DNA from: Candidatus Latescibacterota bacterium | Lineage (GTDB): Bacteria; Latescibacterota; CBDEFO01 | Direction: 5' to 3' | DNA: 64,000 bases | NCBI GenBank assembly: GCA_965237525.1 | Contig: CBDEFO010000007.1 | Span: 64,001-128,000, forward strand | In this document: positions 1 to 9,413 of the stretch, one piece after another | How the letters are laid out: each line of letters opens with the position of its first letter | Position numbering within the stretch: position 1 is the first letter of the stretch | The notes under the pieces: generated by a model | What the model was told of the DNA's origin: nothing | The model's input: only the letters and a program-made list of their open reading frames with translations | Database searches by the model: none | Made by a program: the position numbers and the translations under genes

Positions 1-1
1 G

Positions 2-1375
2 AACTCAGAAAATCTGGAGACGTCAAAATCAGCAGTGGCAGTAGCAGGAAGGTTGATGTCTATCAGAAGCCATGGCAAGACCGGGTTTGGACACATTCAG
101 GACGAAGACGGAAAGATTCAGATATACTTCCGCAAGGACACCCTGGGCGACGATCAGTTCGGTCTGTATGAGCTCTTTGACATAGGCGATATTGTAGGCA
201 TAAGAGGAAAGGTCTTTAAAACCCGCACGGGAGAGATAACCTTATCGGCTCAGGAAGTGGAGCTTCTCTGCAAATCCATCCGCCCTCTGCCCATTCCCAA
301 GGATAAGATCCAAGATGGAAGGAGAATAGTCTATGACGAATTCTCCGACAAGGAGCAAAGATACCGTCAACGCTACCTGGATGTGATACTAAACCCCGAC
401 GTTCGGGAGGTCTTCTTAAAGCGGGATCGGATCATCTGGGAGTTGGAAAAGTATCTCCGCGAAAAGGGGTTTGTAAGGATGGAAACACCGATACTTCAGC
501 CGCTCTACGGCGGAGCATCGGCAAGACCCTTTACCACCTATCACAACGCCCTTGGTCTTACGCTCTACCTTCGAATCTCCGACGAACTCTATCTCAAACG
601 TCTCATTGTGGGGGGCTACGGTAAGGTCTACGAGTTTTGCCAGGATTTCCGAAACGAGGGGATGGATCGGGAGCATAATCCAGAATTCACACTTTTGGAA
701 CTATATCTGGCTTACGCGGACTACAACGATATCATGGAGATAGCTGAGGAGATGATCTCTCAGACTGCGGAGGAGGTAGTTGGCTCCATGCAGGTCGAAT
801 ACCAGGGCCAAAAGATAGATTTTTCGCCTCCCTGGAATAGAGTCAAGATGTCTGACGCGATTAGGGAGCATACGGGACTCGATCTATTTGGCTCTTCAGA
901 GGGGGACTTGAAGAGTATTTGTAAGGACCTGAATGTGGAGGTAGATTCGAGCATAGGAGTCGGTAAGATGATAGATAAGATCTTCGACCAGTACGTCAAA
1001 GATCACCTCGTACAGCCCACGTTTATAACGGACTATCCCCTGGAGACGGCGCCCCTTGCCAAAAGGCACAGAGATGACCCCCTCTTAGCAGAGCGCTTCG
1101 AGCCTTTTGTCTGTGGAATGGAGATAGGAAACGCCTTTTCGGAACTGAATGACCCGATAGACCAAAAAAAGAGGTTCGAAGAGCAGATGAGGCTGAAAGA
1201 GCAGGGCGATGAGGAGGCTCAAGTCCTGGACGAGGACTATATAAAGGCGATGGAGTACGGGATGCCTCCCACTGGAGGATTGGGAATAAGCATAGATAGA
1301 TTGGTGATGTTGCTCACAGACTCTCCATCTATAAGAGACGTTATCTTATTTCCTCAGATGAGGCCCGAAGGGTAA
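2..1375 (+). CDS. lysS: Lysyl-tRNA synthetase class II (5'-truncated by window)
   Basis: OB-fold anticodon domain, GGASARPFTT, FRNEG..HNPEFT, motif 3 GMPPTGGLGISIDRL; frame is open from the window start. Confidence 0.98.
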   Translation, partial: NSENLETSKSAVAVAGRLMSIRSHGKTGFGHIQDEDGKIQIYFRKDTLGDDQFGLYELFDIGDIVGIRGKVFKTRTGEITLSAQEVELLCKSIRPLPIPKDKIQDGRRIVYDEFSDKEQRYRQRYLDVILNPDVREVFLKRDRIIWELEKYLREKGFVRMETPILQPLYGGASARPFTTYHNALGLTLYLRISDELYLKRLIVGGYGKVYEFCQDFRNEGMDREHNPEFTLLELYLAYADYNDIMEIAEEMISQTAEEVVGSMQVEYQGQKIDFSPPWNRVKMSDAIREHTGLDLFGSSEGDLKSICKDLNVEVDSSIGVGKMIDKIFDQYVKDHLVQPTFITDYPLETAPLAKRHRDDPLLAERFEPFVCGMEIGNAFSELNDPIDQKKRFEEQMRLKEQGDEEAQVLDEDYIKAMEYGMPPTGGLGISIDRLVMLLTDSPSIRDVILFPQMRPEG

Positions 1376-1398
1376 ACAAGTAGACAGTAGCGGTTGAA

Positions 1399-2688
1399 TA
1401 TCAAATGAAATCGGTGCACCTAATTTGATCTTTGTTTAGAGTATTAGTAGATTAAGTTGAGTTGATTGTCTTAACTTTAATCTACGGAGTCCTATGGACA
1501 AAGAGAGATTGGCCGTATTAAGACAAGAAGTCAACGAGATGTATTTTAAGAAAGAAATGTCAAAGCGAGAAGTTATCAAACAAGCGAGAGTTTCCAATGA
1601 TTTCGTTACGGCTTGGACTAAATCTCTGGATCAGGATTTTGCCATGGATAATCGGGGTTGGCCAAAAGGAAAAAGGCGAAAATTGGCTAAAGTTGACGAA
1701 CAGAGAATCAAAGAGATTTACCATAGCTTAGAGGACGATCCTTATCAGTTCTATTCAGGAGCCACTGTTATTGAACAAGAATGGAGGAATCGATATTCTA
1801 GCACCCCTCCTCCGTCGTTGCCGACTATCGGCAGAATGCTTTCAGATTTAGGACTTTCCCAGAGAAGGAAGAAAGGTAAAAACAAGGGTGCATCTCGTTA
1901 TCTTTGTTATCCAGAGTATACCATTTACTATCTTTTAGGAGGCAGAGTCCTAGAATCAGACTTTATTGGTAAAAAGTATCTTACCGGCAGAACTGAGCCG
2001 GTCAACTTCGTTGGATTTTCCTTTTTAAGAAAGAGCCTAAGTTAAGGTATTTTCGGCGGGTTGACGGTCAAACAGCAACTAACTTTATCGAGAAGTGTCA
2101 GTCTTTCTTTGACAGGTTTGAAAAACCAGATTTCGTTAAGGTGGACAATTGCTCGGCGACTATTGGCAGTGTTTCAGGTAAAAGGAATGTCAGCAAAGCA
2201 ATGCAGTTTCTCTTGAAAAATCAAGTGATTCCGATATTTGCCGTTCCCAGAAGGCCCTTTTCTCAAGCATCTATAGAAGGCAACAATTCTGTATTTTCAA
2301 GGAAGTTCTGGAACAGAATTCAGTTCAAAAGCTTACAAGAAGTTGATCAGAAGTTAGAATGGTTTAATCTTTCATCACAGAGATACACCGGCTACCGTCC
2401 ACCTAAGCAAGAGAAGTCAAACGAGAAAGATTTCATTCCCAAGACCTATTTTATCAGACAAGTCAAACAGGACACAGAACAGACAGATAAAGCCTTTATC
2501 GATGTCCTAAATGAGAAAGTATCTCTTCCCTCCTCTTACACCAACTACTTTGTCCTGGCTGAATGGAACCTAAAAGAAGAACAATTATACATCCATTTTG
2601 AAAAAGAACAGAAACCAAAGATTGTCGAAAACCTATCATTCAAGATCAATCAAAGATCGAAAGAGAAGTGCACCGATTTCATTTGATA
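1399..2688 (+). mobile_element. IS481-like insertion sequence (rve integrase-core DDE transposase)
   Basis: Perfect 21-bp terminal inverted repeats TATCAAATGAAATCGGTGCAC (1399-1419) / GTGCACCGATTTCATTTGATA (2668-2688); AT-rich relative to flanks. Confidence 0.85.
1494..2686 (+). pseudogene. Transposase split by a -1 frameshift (ORFs 1494-2045 and 2141-2686)
   Basis: N-terminal HTH, D(ESDF)...D(VDN)...E(SIEGNN) triad; frames join at CTTTTTAAGAAAG near 2021-2033; stop codon lies inside the right IR. Confidence 0.75.
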
Positions 2689-2769
2689 AATAACCAGTAG
2701 TCAGTAAACAGGGAAAGGCAAAGACAGTAGGGGTGAGGTTACCTCGCCCAGTAGACAAGAGCACCTCAT

Positions 2770-3159
2770 ATGGACGCCGCGGACAAAATATTAAACGATG
2801 CCTGGCAAGAGGCCAGAAAAGGAATTTGAGGAAAGCAAGAGAGCCGATAATTATATTCTGATGCGAGATGCCTGTGAGAAGGCGTGGGGGGCGATTGTTC
2901 AAGCGAGTAAACACCCTCTTTCAAAAGATGGACGTTACGCCCCTTCCCAAGAGCCACAGGGATAGAAGAATAAGGATACGGGAGTTAGAAAAGGAAAAAC
3001 GAACTTATCAAGGAAAAGGCGCTCTTTGACAGATTTATGGCAAGAGACTACTTCTTGTATCAGAAAGCCTTCTAGGATGAGGATCTTGTCCCTTAGGAGA
3101 TCGAAAACGAGTTTTCAAGGGTCGAGGGGTTTATAAGGGATGTTGAGGAGATGGAATAA
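2770..3159 (+). pseudogene. Degraded PaREP1/HEPN-like protein
   Basis: Manual translation across frameshifts and stops: MDAADKILNDAWQEA..RDACEKAWGAIVQA..PKSHRDRR..FLYQKAF*..EIENEFSRVEGFIRDVEEME*. Confidence 0.55.
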
Positions 3160-3236
3160 CGCCTTTTTAAACCCTTGAACGAATATGAGTATCGGGTTGA
3201 AATAGTAGATGGCATACAGGGATGGGAGGCGGTGCC

Positions 3237-3266
3237 CTGTCTACTGTCTACTGTCTACTGTCTACT
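3237..3266. repeat. Heptamer tandem repeat (CTGTCTA)x4
   Basis: Directly visible; complementary TAGACAG units at 1379-1390 and 2695-2760. Confidence 0.9.
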
Positions 3267-3273
3267 TACTTAG

Positions 3274-4515
3274 ATGTCCTATGAATTCTTCATAGCCAAA
3301 AGATACCTCAAGTCCAAACGCAAGACGGGTTTTATATCGGCTGTAGCATACATATCTGTGGGTGGCGTGGCAGTGGGCGTGGCCGCTCTGATCATAACCT
3401 TATCCATAATGAACGGATTTTCTTCGGAGATCAGAAATAGGTTTATAGGCTGGGACGCCCATTTGAGGGTTGTAGCATACTATGCGGGGGCGATCGAAGA
3501 TTATGAAGGGATAGAAAAGGAGATCGAAAAGACAGATGATGTTATGGGAGTCTCCCCGTACGTCTATGGGAAGGCAGTAATCCTAAGAAAGGGGAAACCC
3601 CATATCTCCGACGGAGTACACGTAAAGGGTGTGGCCGAAGAAGGCATAAAAAGGACATCGAATATAGAGCAAAATATAATTGATGGAGATCTTGATCTCG
3701 GCAAGTTAGACAAGTCCAATATATATGGCATCACAATAGGATATGCGCTTGCAAATAGGCTAAAGGTGGTAATTGAGGATACTGTCTTCATCTTCAACCC
3801 TCAGGGTCTGGGAGCGGGTGCTTCGTTTGGAACACCTAAGTATTATGCATTTAGAATAAGCGGGCTCTTTGAAACCGGAATTTACGATTTAGACTCATCC
3901 TGGGTTATCATTTCCATAGAATCGGCTCAACGGATATTTGAACTTAAAGATGGCGTAACGGGTGTTGAGGTCAAGCTGGATGATATGGACCTGACCGACG
4001 ATGTGGCGAACAAGATAAGAGAAAAGCTGAGCTATCCCTACAACGTCATAACCTGGAATCAACTCAACAGGACACTATACAATTGGATGGAGATAGAAAA
4101 GAGGGCGTCATTTGTAGTCTTGAGCCTTATAATCGTAGTGGCGGCCTTCAGTATAACGAGCACTCTGGTTATGATTGTCCTTGAAAAGACGAAGGAGATT
4201 GGAATTTTGAAATCTATGGGAGCTACGTCCCGAAGCATAAAGAAGATATTTGTGTTTAACGGATTGTCCGTCGGAACACTGGGAATTTTTATAGGCAATA
4301 TAATAGGATATACCCTCTGTTGGGCTCAGGAAAAGTTTAAGATTGTGTCGCTCCCTGCCGATATTTATATTATAAGCGCTGTTCCGGTCGATGTGCGATT
4401 GATGGATTTCGTCTTAATATCCACAGCGGCTTTGTTCATCTGCCTTATGGCCTCTGTCTACCCGGCGTTTAAGGCATCGTCTCTGGACCCTGTAGAGGCT
4501 ATAAGATACGAGTGA
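3274..4515 (+). CDS. lolC: Lipoprotein-releasing ABC transporter permease LolC/E
   Basis: FIAKRYLKSKRK..ISVGGVAVGVAALIITLSIMNGF; KTKEIGILKSMGA; DPVEAIRYE. Confidence 0.93.
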   Translation: MSYEFFIAKRYLKSKRKTGFISAVAYISVGGVAVGVAALIITLSIMNGFSSEIRNRFIGWDAHLRVVAYYAGAIEDYEGIEKEIEKTDDVMGVSPYVYGKAVILRKGKPHISDGVHVKGVAEEGIKRTSNIEQNIIDGDLDLGKLDKSNIYGITIGYALANRLKVVIEDTVFIFNPQGLGAGASFGTPKYYAFRISGLFETGIYDLDSSWVIISIESAQRIFELKDGVTGVEVKLDDMDLTDDVANKIREKLSYPYNVITWNQLNRTLYNWMEIEKRASFVVLSLIIVVAAFSITSTLVMIVLEKTKEIGILKSMGATSRSIKKIFVFNGLSVGTLGIFIGNIIGYTLCWAQEKFKIVSLPADIYIISAVPVDVRLMDFVLISTAALFICLMASVYPAFKASSLDPVEAIRYE

Positions 4516-4546
4516 TAAATAAAGATCGTTAGCCAGAGCGCGCTAA

Positions 4547-5251
4547 ATGGGGGACATAATACTAAAAGCTTTCGACCTTAAAAAGACCTATTGGACAGGT
4601 AACAGCACTTTAGAGGTCCTCAAGGGGATAAGCATAGAGATTAGAAAAGGAGAAGTCCTAGCGGTAACGGGACCTTCAGGCGTCGGTAAGAGTACTTTGC
4701 TCCATATATTGGGAGCTTTGGACAGACCTACAAGTGGAAGCGTCGAGATAGATGCCCAAGATGTATTCTCGCTTTCGGACGATCAGCTTGCAGACTTTAG
4801 AAACAAGAGTTCGGGATTTGTCTTTCAGTTTCATCATCTCTTGCCAGAGTTTACAGCACTGGAAAACGTGATGATGCCGCTTTTAATCTGTGGTGCAAGC
4901 TTCGATAGCGCCCAGAAGACCGCAGGAGAACTTTTGAAAAGAGTAGGACTTGAAAACAGGCTAACGCACAAACCGTCTGAACTTTCGGGCGGAGAGCTTC
5001 AGAGGACGGCAGTAGCCCGAGCTCTTGTGAATAGACCCTTGGTGGTATTTGCCGATGAGCCTTCGGGAAATCTGGATCAGGAAAACAGCCAGGCGCTTCA
5101 CGATCTGATGTGGGAACTATCAAAATCGCTTAATCAATCTTTTGTGATCGTAACTCACGATCTGGAATTAGCCGATAGGGCCGATAGGAAGATAAGCTTG
5201 GCAGATGGAAGAATCACTTGTGAAACTCATGGGATATTAGATGAAATGTGA
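4547..5251 (+). CDS. lolD: Lipoprotein-releasing ABC transporter ATPase
   Basis: GPSGVGKST, GFVFQFHHLLPEFTALENV, LSGGE, DEPSGNLD. Confidence 0.93.
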   Translation: MGDIILKAFDLKKTYWTGNSTLEVLKGISIEIRKGEVLAVTGPSGVGKSTLLHILGALDRPTSGSVEIDAQDVFSLSDDQLADFRNKSSGFVFQFHHLLPEFTALENVMMPLLICGASFDSAQKTAGELLKRVGLENRLTHKPSELSGGELQRTAVARALVNRPLVVFADEPSGNLDQENSQALHDLMWELSKSLNQSFVIVTHDLELADRADRKISLADGRITCETHGILDEM

Positions 5252-5780
5252 AAGCTGCGGTCAGAACGAAGCTACAGTTCTATACCAAGAGGTGAGCATG
5301 GAGGAGCTGCGGCAGAAAGCTCTCTCCCATATCTGCTCTGAGTGTGCACAGAAATATGGGTTGTCCGTTCTAAAAAAGGAATCCAGCAAGCTCTCGGCAG
5401 AAGAGATCCTTTCAGGACTTATTCAAAGGCAAAAAGAGGATAAGGACAAAGACCTTAAGTGTCCTGAGTGCGATTTTACATACGGAGAGTTCAAAAAGTC
5501 TGGGCGCGTCGGATGTGGGAACTGTTACTCTGCCTTTTCATCCCAGTTGGAAAAGTTGATAGATAACATCCAAAGGGCAGTAAAGCACAAAGGAAAGATC
5601 CCTCAAAAGCCGAAAGAGAGCAGTGGACTCTCCTCCAGATCAGATGAACTTTTATACTCACAGATAGAACAGCACATCTTAAGACTGCAGGACCAGCTCA
5701 AAGAAGCTGTCGAAACACAAGAGTTCGAAAAAGCCGCCCTCTTAAGGGATACGATAGCTGAATTGAAAAAAGAAAAATGA
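5241..5780 (+). CDS. mcsA: Protein-arginine kinase activator McsA
   Basis: Four CxxC motifs and C-terminal UVR domain (EFEKAALLRD); directly upstream of mcsB. Confidence 0.9.
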   Translation: MKCESCGQNEATVLYQEVSMEELRQKALSHICSECAQKYGLSVLKKESSKLSAEEILSGLIQRQKEDKDKDLKCPECDFTYGEFKKSGRVGCGNCYSAFSSQLEKLIDNIQRAVKHKGKIPQKPKESSGLSSRSDELLYSQIEQHILRLQDQLKEAVETQEFEKAALLRDTIAELKKEK

Positions 5781-6856
5781 CACTCCAAGATCTAGTGAAA
5801 AATATGGCTCGCTGGCTCGACTGTTCGGGAGAGAAATCCGATATAGTCGTCTCCAGCAGAGTGAGGCTTGCCCGCAATATCAGATCAATTCCTTTTGCCC
5901 ATCGCGCTACAGATTCCCAACAGCGCTTGGTAATAGACAAAGTACTTGACGCCAACGCTAAGACAGACTGTCTTGCCGATGCCTCGTTCTACAACACGGG
6001 TGAACTTTCGGACCTGGACAGGCAGATTCTGGTCGAGCGGCACCTCATAAGTCCCGCCTTGGCTGAGCAGAGGGGACAGTGGGGTGTTCTGGTCGGGGTG
6101 GATGAGTCCCTAAGCGTTATGATAAACGAGGAGGACCACCTCAGAATCCAGGTTATCGTATCGGGATTCCAACCCCAGAGGGCATGGGAACTTTGTGACA
6201 GGGCCGACGCGGAACTCTCCCAATCTCTGGACTATTCGTTCTCAAGAAAATTGGGGTACCACACAGCATGCCCGACGAACCTGGGAACGGGACTCAGGGC
6301 ATCCATGCTCATACACCTCCCCGGACTCGTCCTGACGCAGGATATGGATAAAGTTGTAAGAGGAATCACACAGTTGGGATTTACGGCCAGGGGCTTCTAC
6401 GGGGAAGGTACAGAGGTTATGGGAAATCTGGTCCAGATGTCAAATCAAGTTACATTAGGGATCTCAGAAAAGGAGATATTAGATGATCTGGAGACAGTCT
6501 GCAGTCAGGTCGTTGAGTACGAGCATCTCTCAAGAGAGGCATTGCTTAAAGAAGCCAAACATCAAATAGAGGACAAAATCTGGAGGGCTTATACTATACT
6601 GCAAAACGCCAGGGTGCTGACAACGCAAGAGTTTATGAACATGGCATCGGCCGTGAGGTTGGGATGCAGCATGGGCATCCTATCCAAGCGTAACAGTAGA
6701 TTCATTGTTCGGCTATTAAACGAGCTGATGGTGACAACACAGCCCTCACATCTTCATAAGGCAACAGGAAAGTGTATGGAGCCTTCAGAAAGGGATATTT
6801 TAAGAGCCAAAATAGTCCGCGAAAGACTGGTAAGGGGACGCAATAAATCCTCATGA
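5777..6856 (+). CDS. mcsB: Protein-arginine kinase McsB
   Basis: SSRVRLARN, NEEDHLRIQ, TACPTNLGTGLRAS. Confidence 0.95.
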   Translation: MTLQDLVKNMARWLDCSGEKSDIVVSSRVRLARNIRSIPFAHRATDSQQRLVIDKVLDANAKTDCLADASFYNTGELSDLDRQILVERHLISPALAEQRGQWGVLVGVDESLSVMINEEDHLRIQVIVSGFQPQRAWELCDRADAELSQSLDYSFSRKLGYHTACPTNLGTGLRASMLIHLPGLVLTQDMDKVVRGITQLGFTARGFYGEGTEVMGNLVQMSNQVTLGISEKEILDDLETVCSQVVEYEHLSREALLKEAKHQIEDKIWRAYTILQNARVLTTQEFMNMASAVRLGCSMGILSKRNSRFIVRLLNELMVTTQPSHLHKATGKCMEPSERDILRAKIVRERLVRGRNKSS

Positions 6857-6913
6857 TTAAAAAAGAAATACAATAAAATCGCAATCGATGTAATTTCTTC
6901 CGGGAGCGTCCAG

Positions 6914-9391
6914 ATGAATTACAGGGAAATCTTTTCAGATAGAGCAATAAAGGTAATGCAATACGCGCGGTCGGAGTCCGCTCGATTAGGGCATCACTAC
7001 GTCGGCACAGAACATATCCTTTTGGGCATGATCAAGGAGGGCAAAGGTAAGGGGGTTACTGCCCTTATCAATTTAGGGGTCGATCTGGAAAAGGCAAAGC
7101 AGGCCATAGAGGAATATGCACCTCCGTCTGGGGGACAGGCCGTAGTGGGTCAAGAGATACCGTTCACGCCGCGCGCCATAGCCAGTTACGAGGCGGCCTC
7201 CAATGAAGCCAAGGAGATGAAGGTCTCAAAAGCGGGTACGGAACATCTGCTCTTAGGACTCATAGGCGACAAAAGTAGTATAGGGTCTCAGATCCTCCAG
7301 AGCCACGGTGTGGACTACAAAACGGCTAAAGAGGAAGTCATCGCTGTAGTCTCCGGAAAATCCTCCGGCAGGAAAGAGAGGAAAAAGAGCAAGACTCCGT
7401 TTCTGGACCACTTCGGCAGGGACCTGACTCAGCTTGCCAAAGAGGGAAAACTAGATCCCATAATCGGGAGAGAAAATGAGATCCAACGTCTGTCCCAGGT
7501 CCTAAGCAGAAGGAAGAAGAATAACCCCGCTCTGATAGGAGAGCCTGGAGTCGGCAAGACTGCTATCGTTGAGGGTCTGGCACAGAAGATAGTGTCCAAA
7601 ATGGTTCCCCAGATCCTTGTAGATAAAAGGGTCGTAACCATGGATATGGGAAGTCTGGTTGCCGGAACCAAATACAGAGGGATGTTCGAGGAACGAATGA
7701 AGGCGATCATGAACGAGATCCAGCAGAGCGACGAAGTGATTATCTTCATAGATGAGCTCCATACCATAGTCGGAGCAGGCAGCGCTGAGGGCACACTGGA
7801 TGCCTCGAATATGTTCAAGCCTGCACTTTCCAGGGGCGAAATACAGTGCATAGGTGCTACGACGCTCGACGAATATAGAAAATATATAGAGAAGGATGGA
7901 GCCTTAGAACGACGTTTCCAGACGATTATGGTCGATCCGCCCTCTGTGGAGGACACAGTCGAGATCATTAAAGGATTAAAGGAGTCCTACGAGTCTCATC
8001 ACAAGGTCAAGTACAGCGACAAGGCAGTAAGCGCAGCGGCAGTTCTATCCGACAGATACATAAGCGGCCGCTACCTTCCCGATAAAGCGATAGATGTCAT
8101 AGACGAAGCCGGATCCCGAGCCCATTTAGCCAAAATGAATCCTCCTCAACATATAAGAGACCTGGAACTGAAGATCGAAGAGATAAGAAAAAAGAAGGAC
8201 GACGTGGTGCAAGCACAGGACTATGAGCAGGCGGCAAACCTGAGAGACGAACAGATGACTCTGGAGGATAGACTCGAAAGAGAAAGGGAAGAATGGGAGG
8301 AAAGAATAAAAGATGAGATAACAACGGTCACAGAGGACGATATGGCCGATGTCATCTCACACATGACAGGGATACCGATCTTCCGTCTGGCCAAATCTGA
8401 ATCTGCGAAGCTCATAGGAATGGAGGAAGAGCTCAAAAAGGAAGTCGTGGGCCAGGATGAAGCTGTTACCGCTATATCTAAGGCTGTAAGGAGAACAAGA
8501 TCAGGGCTGAAAGACCCGAACAGACCGATAGGTTCATTTGTGTTCCTCGGGCCTACTGGATGCGGCAAGACACATCTTGCCAAAACCCTAGCCAAGTATC
8601 TCTTCGAGGACGAAGATACCCTGATAAGAGTCGATATGTCCGAGTTTATGGAGAAGTTTTCCGTCTCCAGGCTCGTCGGCGCCCCTCCCGGATACGTGGG
8701 CTACGATGAGGGTGGACAGCTTACCGAAAAGGTGAGGCGCAAGCCCTACTCCGTCGTCCTTTTGGACGAGATAGAAAAGGCCCATCCCGATGTCTTCAAC
8801 ATCCTACTGCAGGTCCTTGACGAAGGACACCTGACCGACAACTTCGGAAGGAAAGTAGATTTCAAAAACACGATTTTGATCTTAACGTCCAACCTCGGCA
8901 CCAGAGGGATAGGCAAAGGGACGACTATTGGATTCCAGAAGGCAGGATCCAAATCAGCCAGAGAGCAGTTGGAAGACACGGTCAAAGAGGAAGTCAAAAA
9001 GACCTTCAACCCTGAGTTTTTGAACCGACTGGATGAGACTATAATCTTTCAGTCGCTCGGAAAGAAAGAGATCCTCCAGATCATTGACATTATGATGAAA
9101 GAGATCATCGAGAGGACATCGGAGAAAGAGATTTCAGTGGTCCTGACCCAGGGGGCTAAGAAGCTGTTAGCTAAGAAGGGATTTGATCCCACCTTCGGAG
9201 CGCGCCATTTAAAAAGAACGATCCAAAAGATGGTCGAAGATCCCCTGGCAGAGGAAATGCTTCTGGGAAAGTTCAGCCCAGGAAGCAGGGTCAAGATCTC
9301 CAAGAAAGGGGACGAACTAGTCTTTTCTGAGGTTCAGAAGGATAACCTGGACGAGGAAGTAGAGGACAAAGAAACTGTGGAGAGCAACTGA
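6914..9391 (+). CDS. clpC: ATP-dependent Clp protease ATPase subunit ClpC
   Basis: Clp N repeats, two AAA+ modules (GEPGVGKT, GPTGCGKT), UVR middle domain, IGF loop. Confidence 0.96.
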   Translation: MNYREIFSDRAIKVMQYARSESARLGHHYVGTEHILLGMIKEGKGKGVTALINLGVDLEKAKQAIEEYAPPSGGQAVVGQEIPFTPRAIASYEAASNEAKEMKVSKAGTEHLLLGLIGDKSSIGSQILQSHGVDYKTAKEEVIAVVSGKSSGRKERKKSKTPFLDHFGRDLTQLAKEGKLDPIIGRENEIQRLSQVLSRRKKNNPALIGEPGVGKTAIVEGLAQKIVSKMVPQILVDKRVVTMDMGSLVAGTKYRGMFEERMKAIMNEIQQSDEVIIFIDELHTIVGAGSAEGTLDASNMFKPALSRGEIQCIGATTLDEYRKYIEKDGALERRFQTIMVDPPSVEDTVEIIKGLKESYESHHKVKYSDKAVSAAAVLSDRYISGRYLPDKAIDVIDEAGSRAHLAKMNPPQHIRDLELKIEEIRKKKDDVVQAQDYEQAANLRDEQMTLEDRLEREREEWEERIKDEITTVTEDDMADVISHMTGIPIFRLAKSESAKLIGMEEELKKEVVGQDEAVTAISKAVRRTRSGLKDPNRPIGSFVFLGPTGCGKTHLAKTLAKYLFEDEDTLIRVDMSEFMEKFSVSRLVGAPPGYVGYDEGGQLTEKVRRKPYSVVLLDEIEKAHPDVFNILLQVLDEGHLTDNFGRKVDFKNTILILTSNLGTRGIGKGTTIGFQKAGSKSAREQLEDTVKEEVKKTFNPEFLNRLDETIIFQSLGKKEILQIIDIMMKEIIERTSEKEISVVLTQGAKKLLAKKGFDPTFGARHLKRTIQKMVEDPLAEEMLLGKFSPGSRVKISKKGDELVFSEVQKDNLDEEVEDKETVESN

Positions 9392-9413
9392 CGGAGGCTC
9401 TGAAAGGGTTCAG

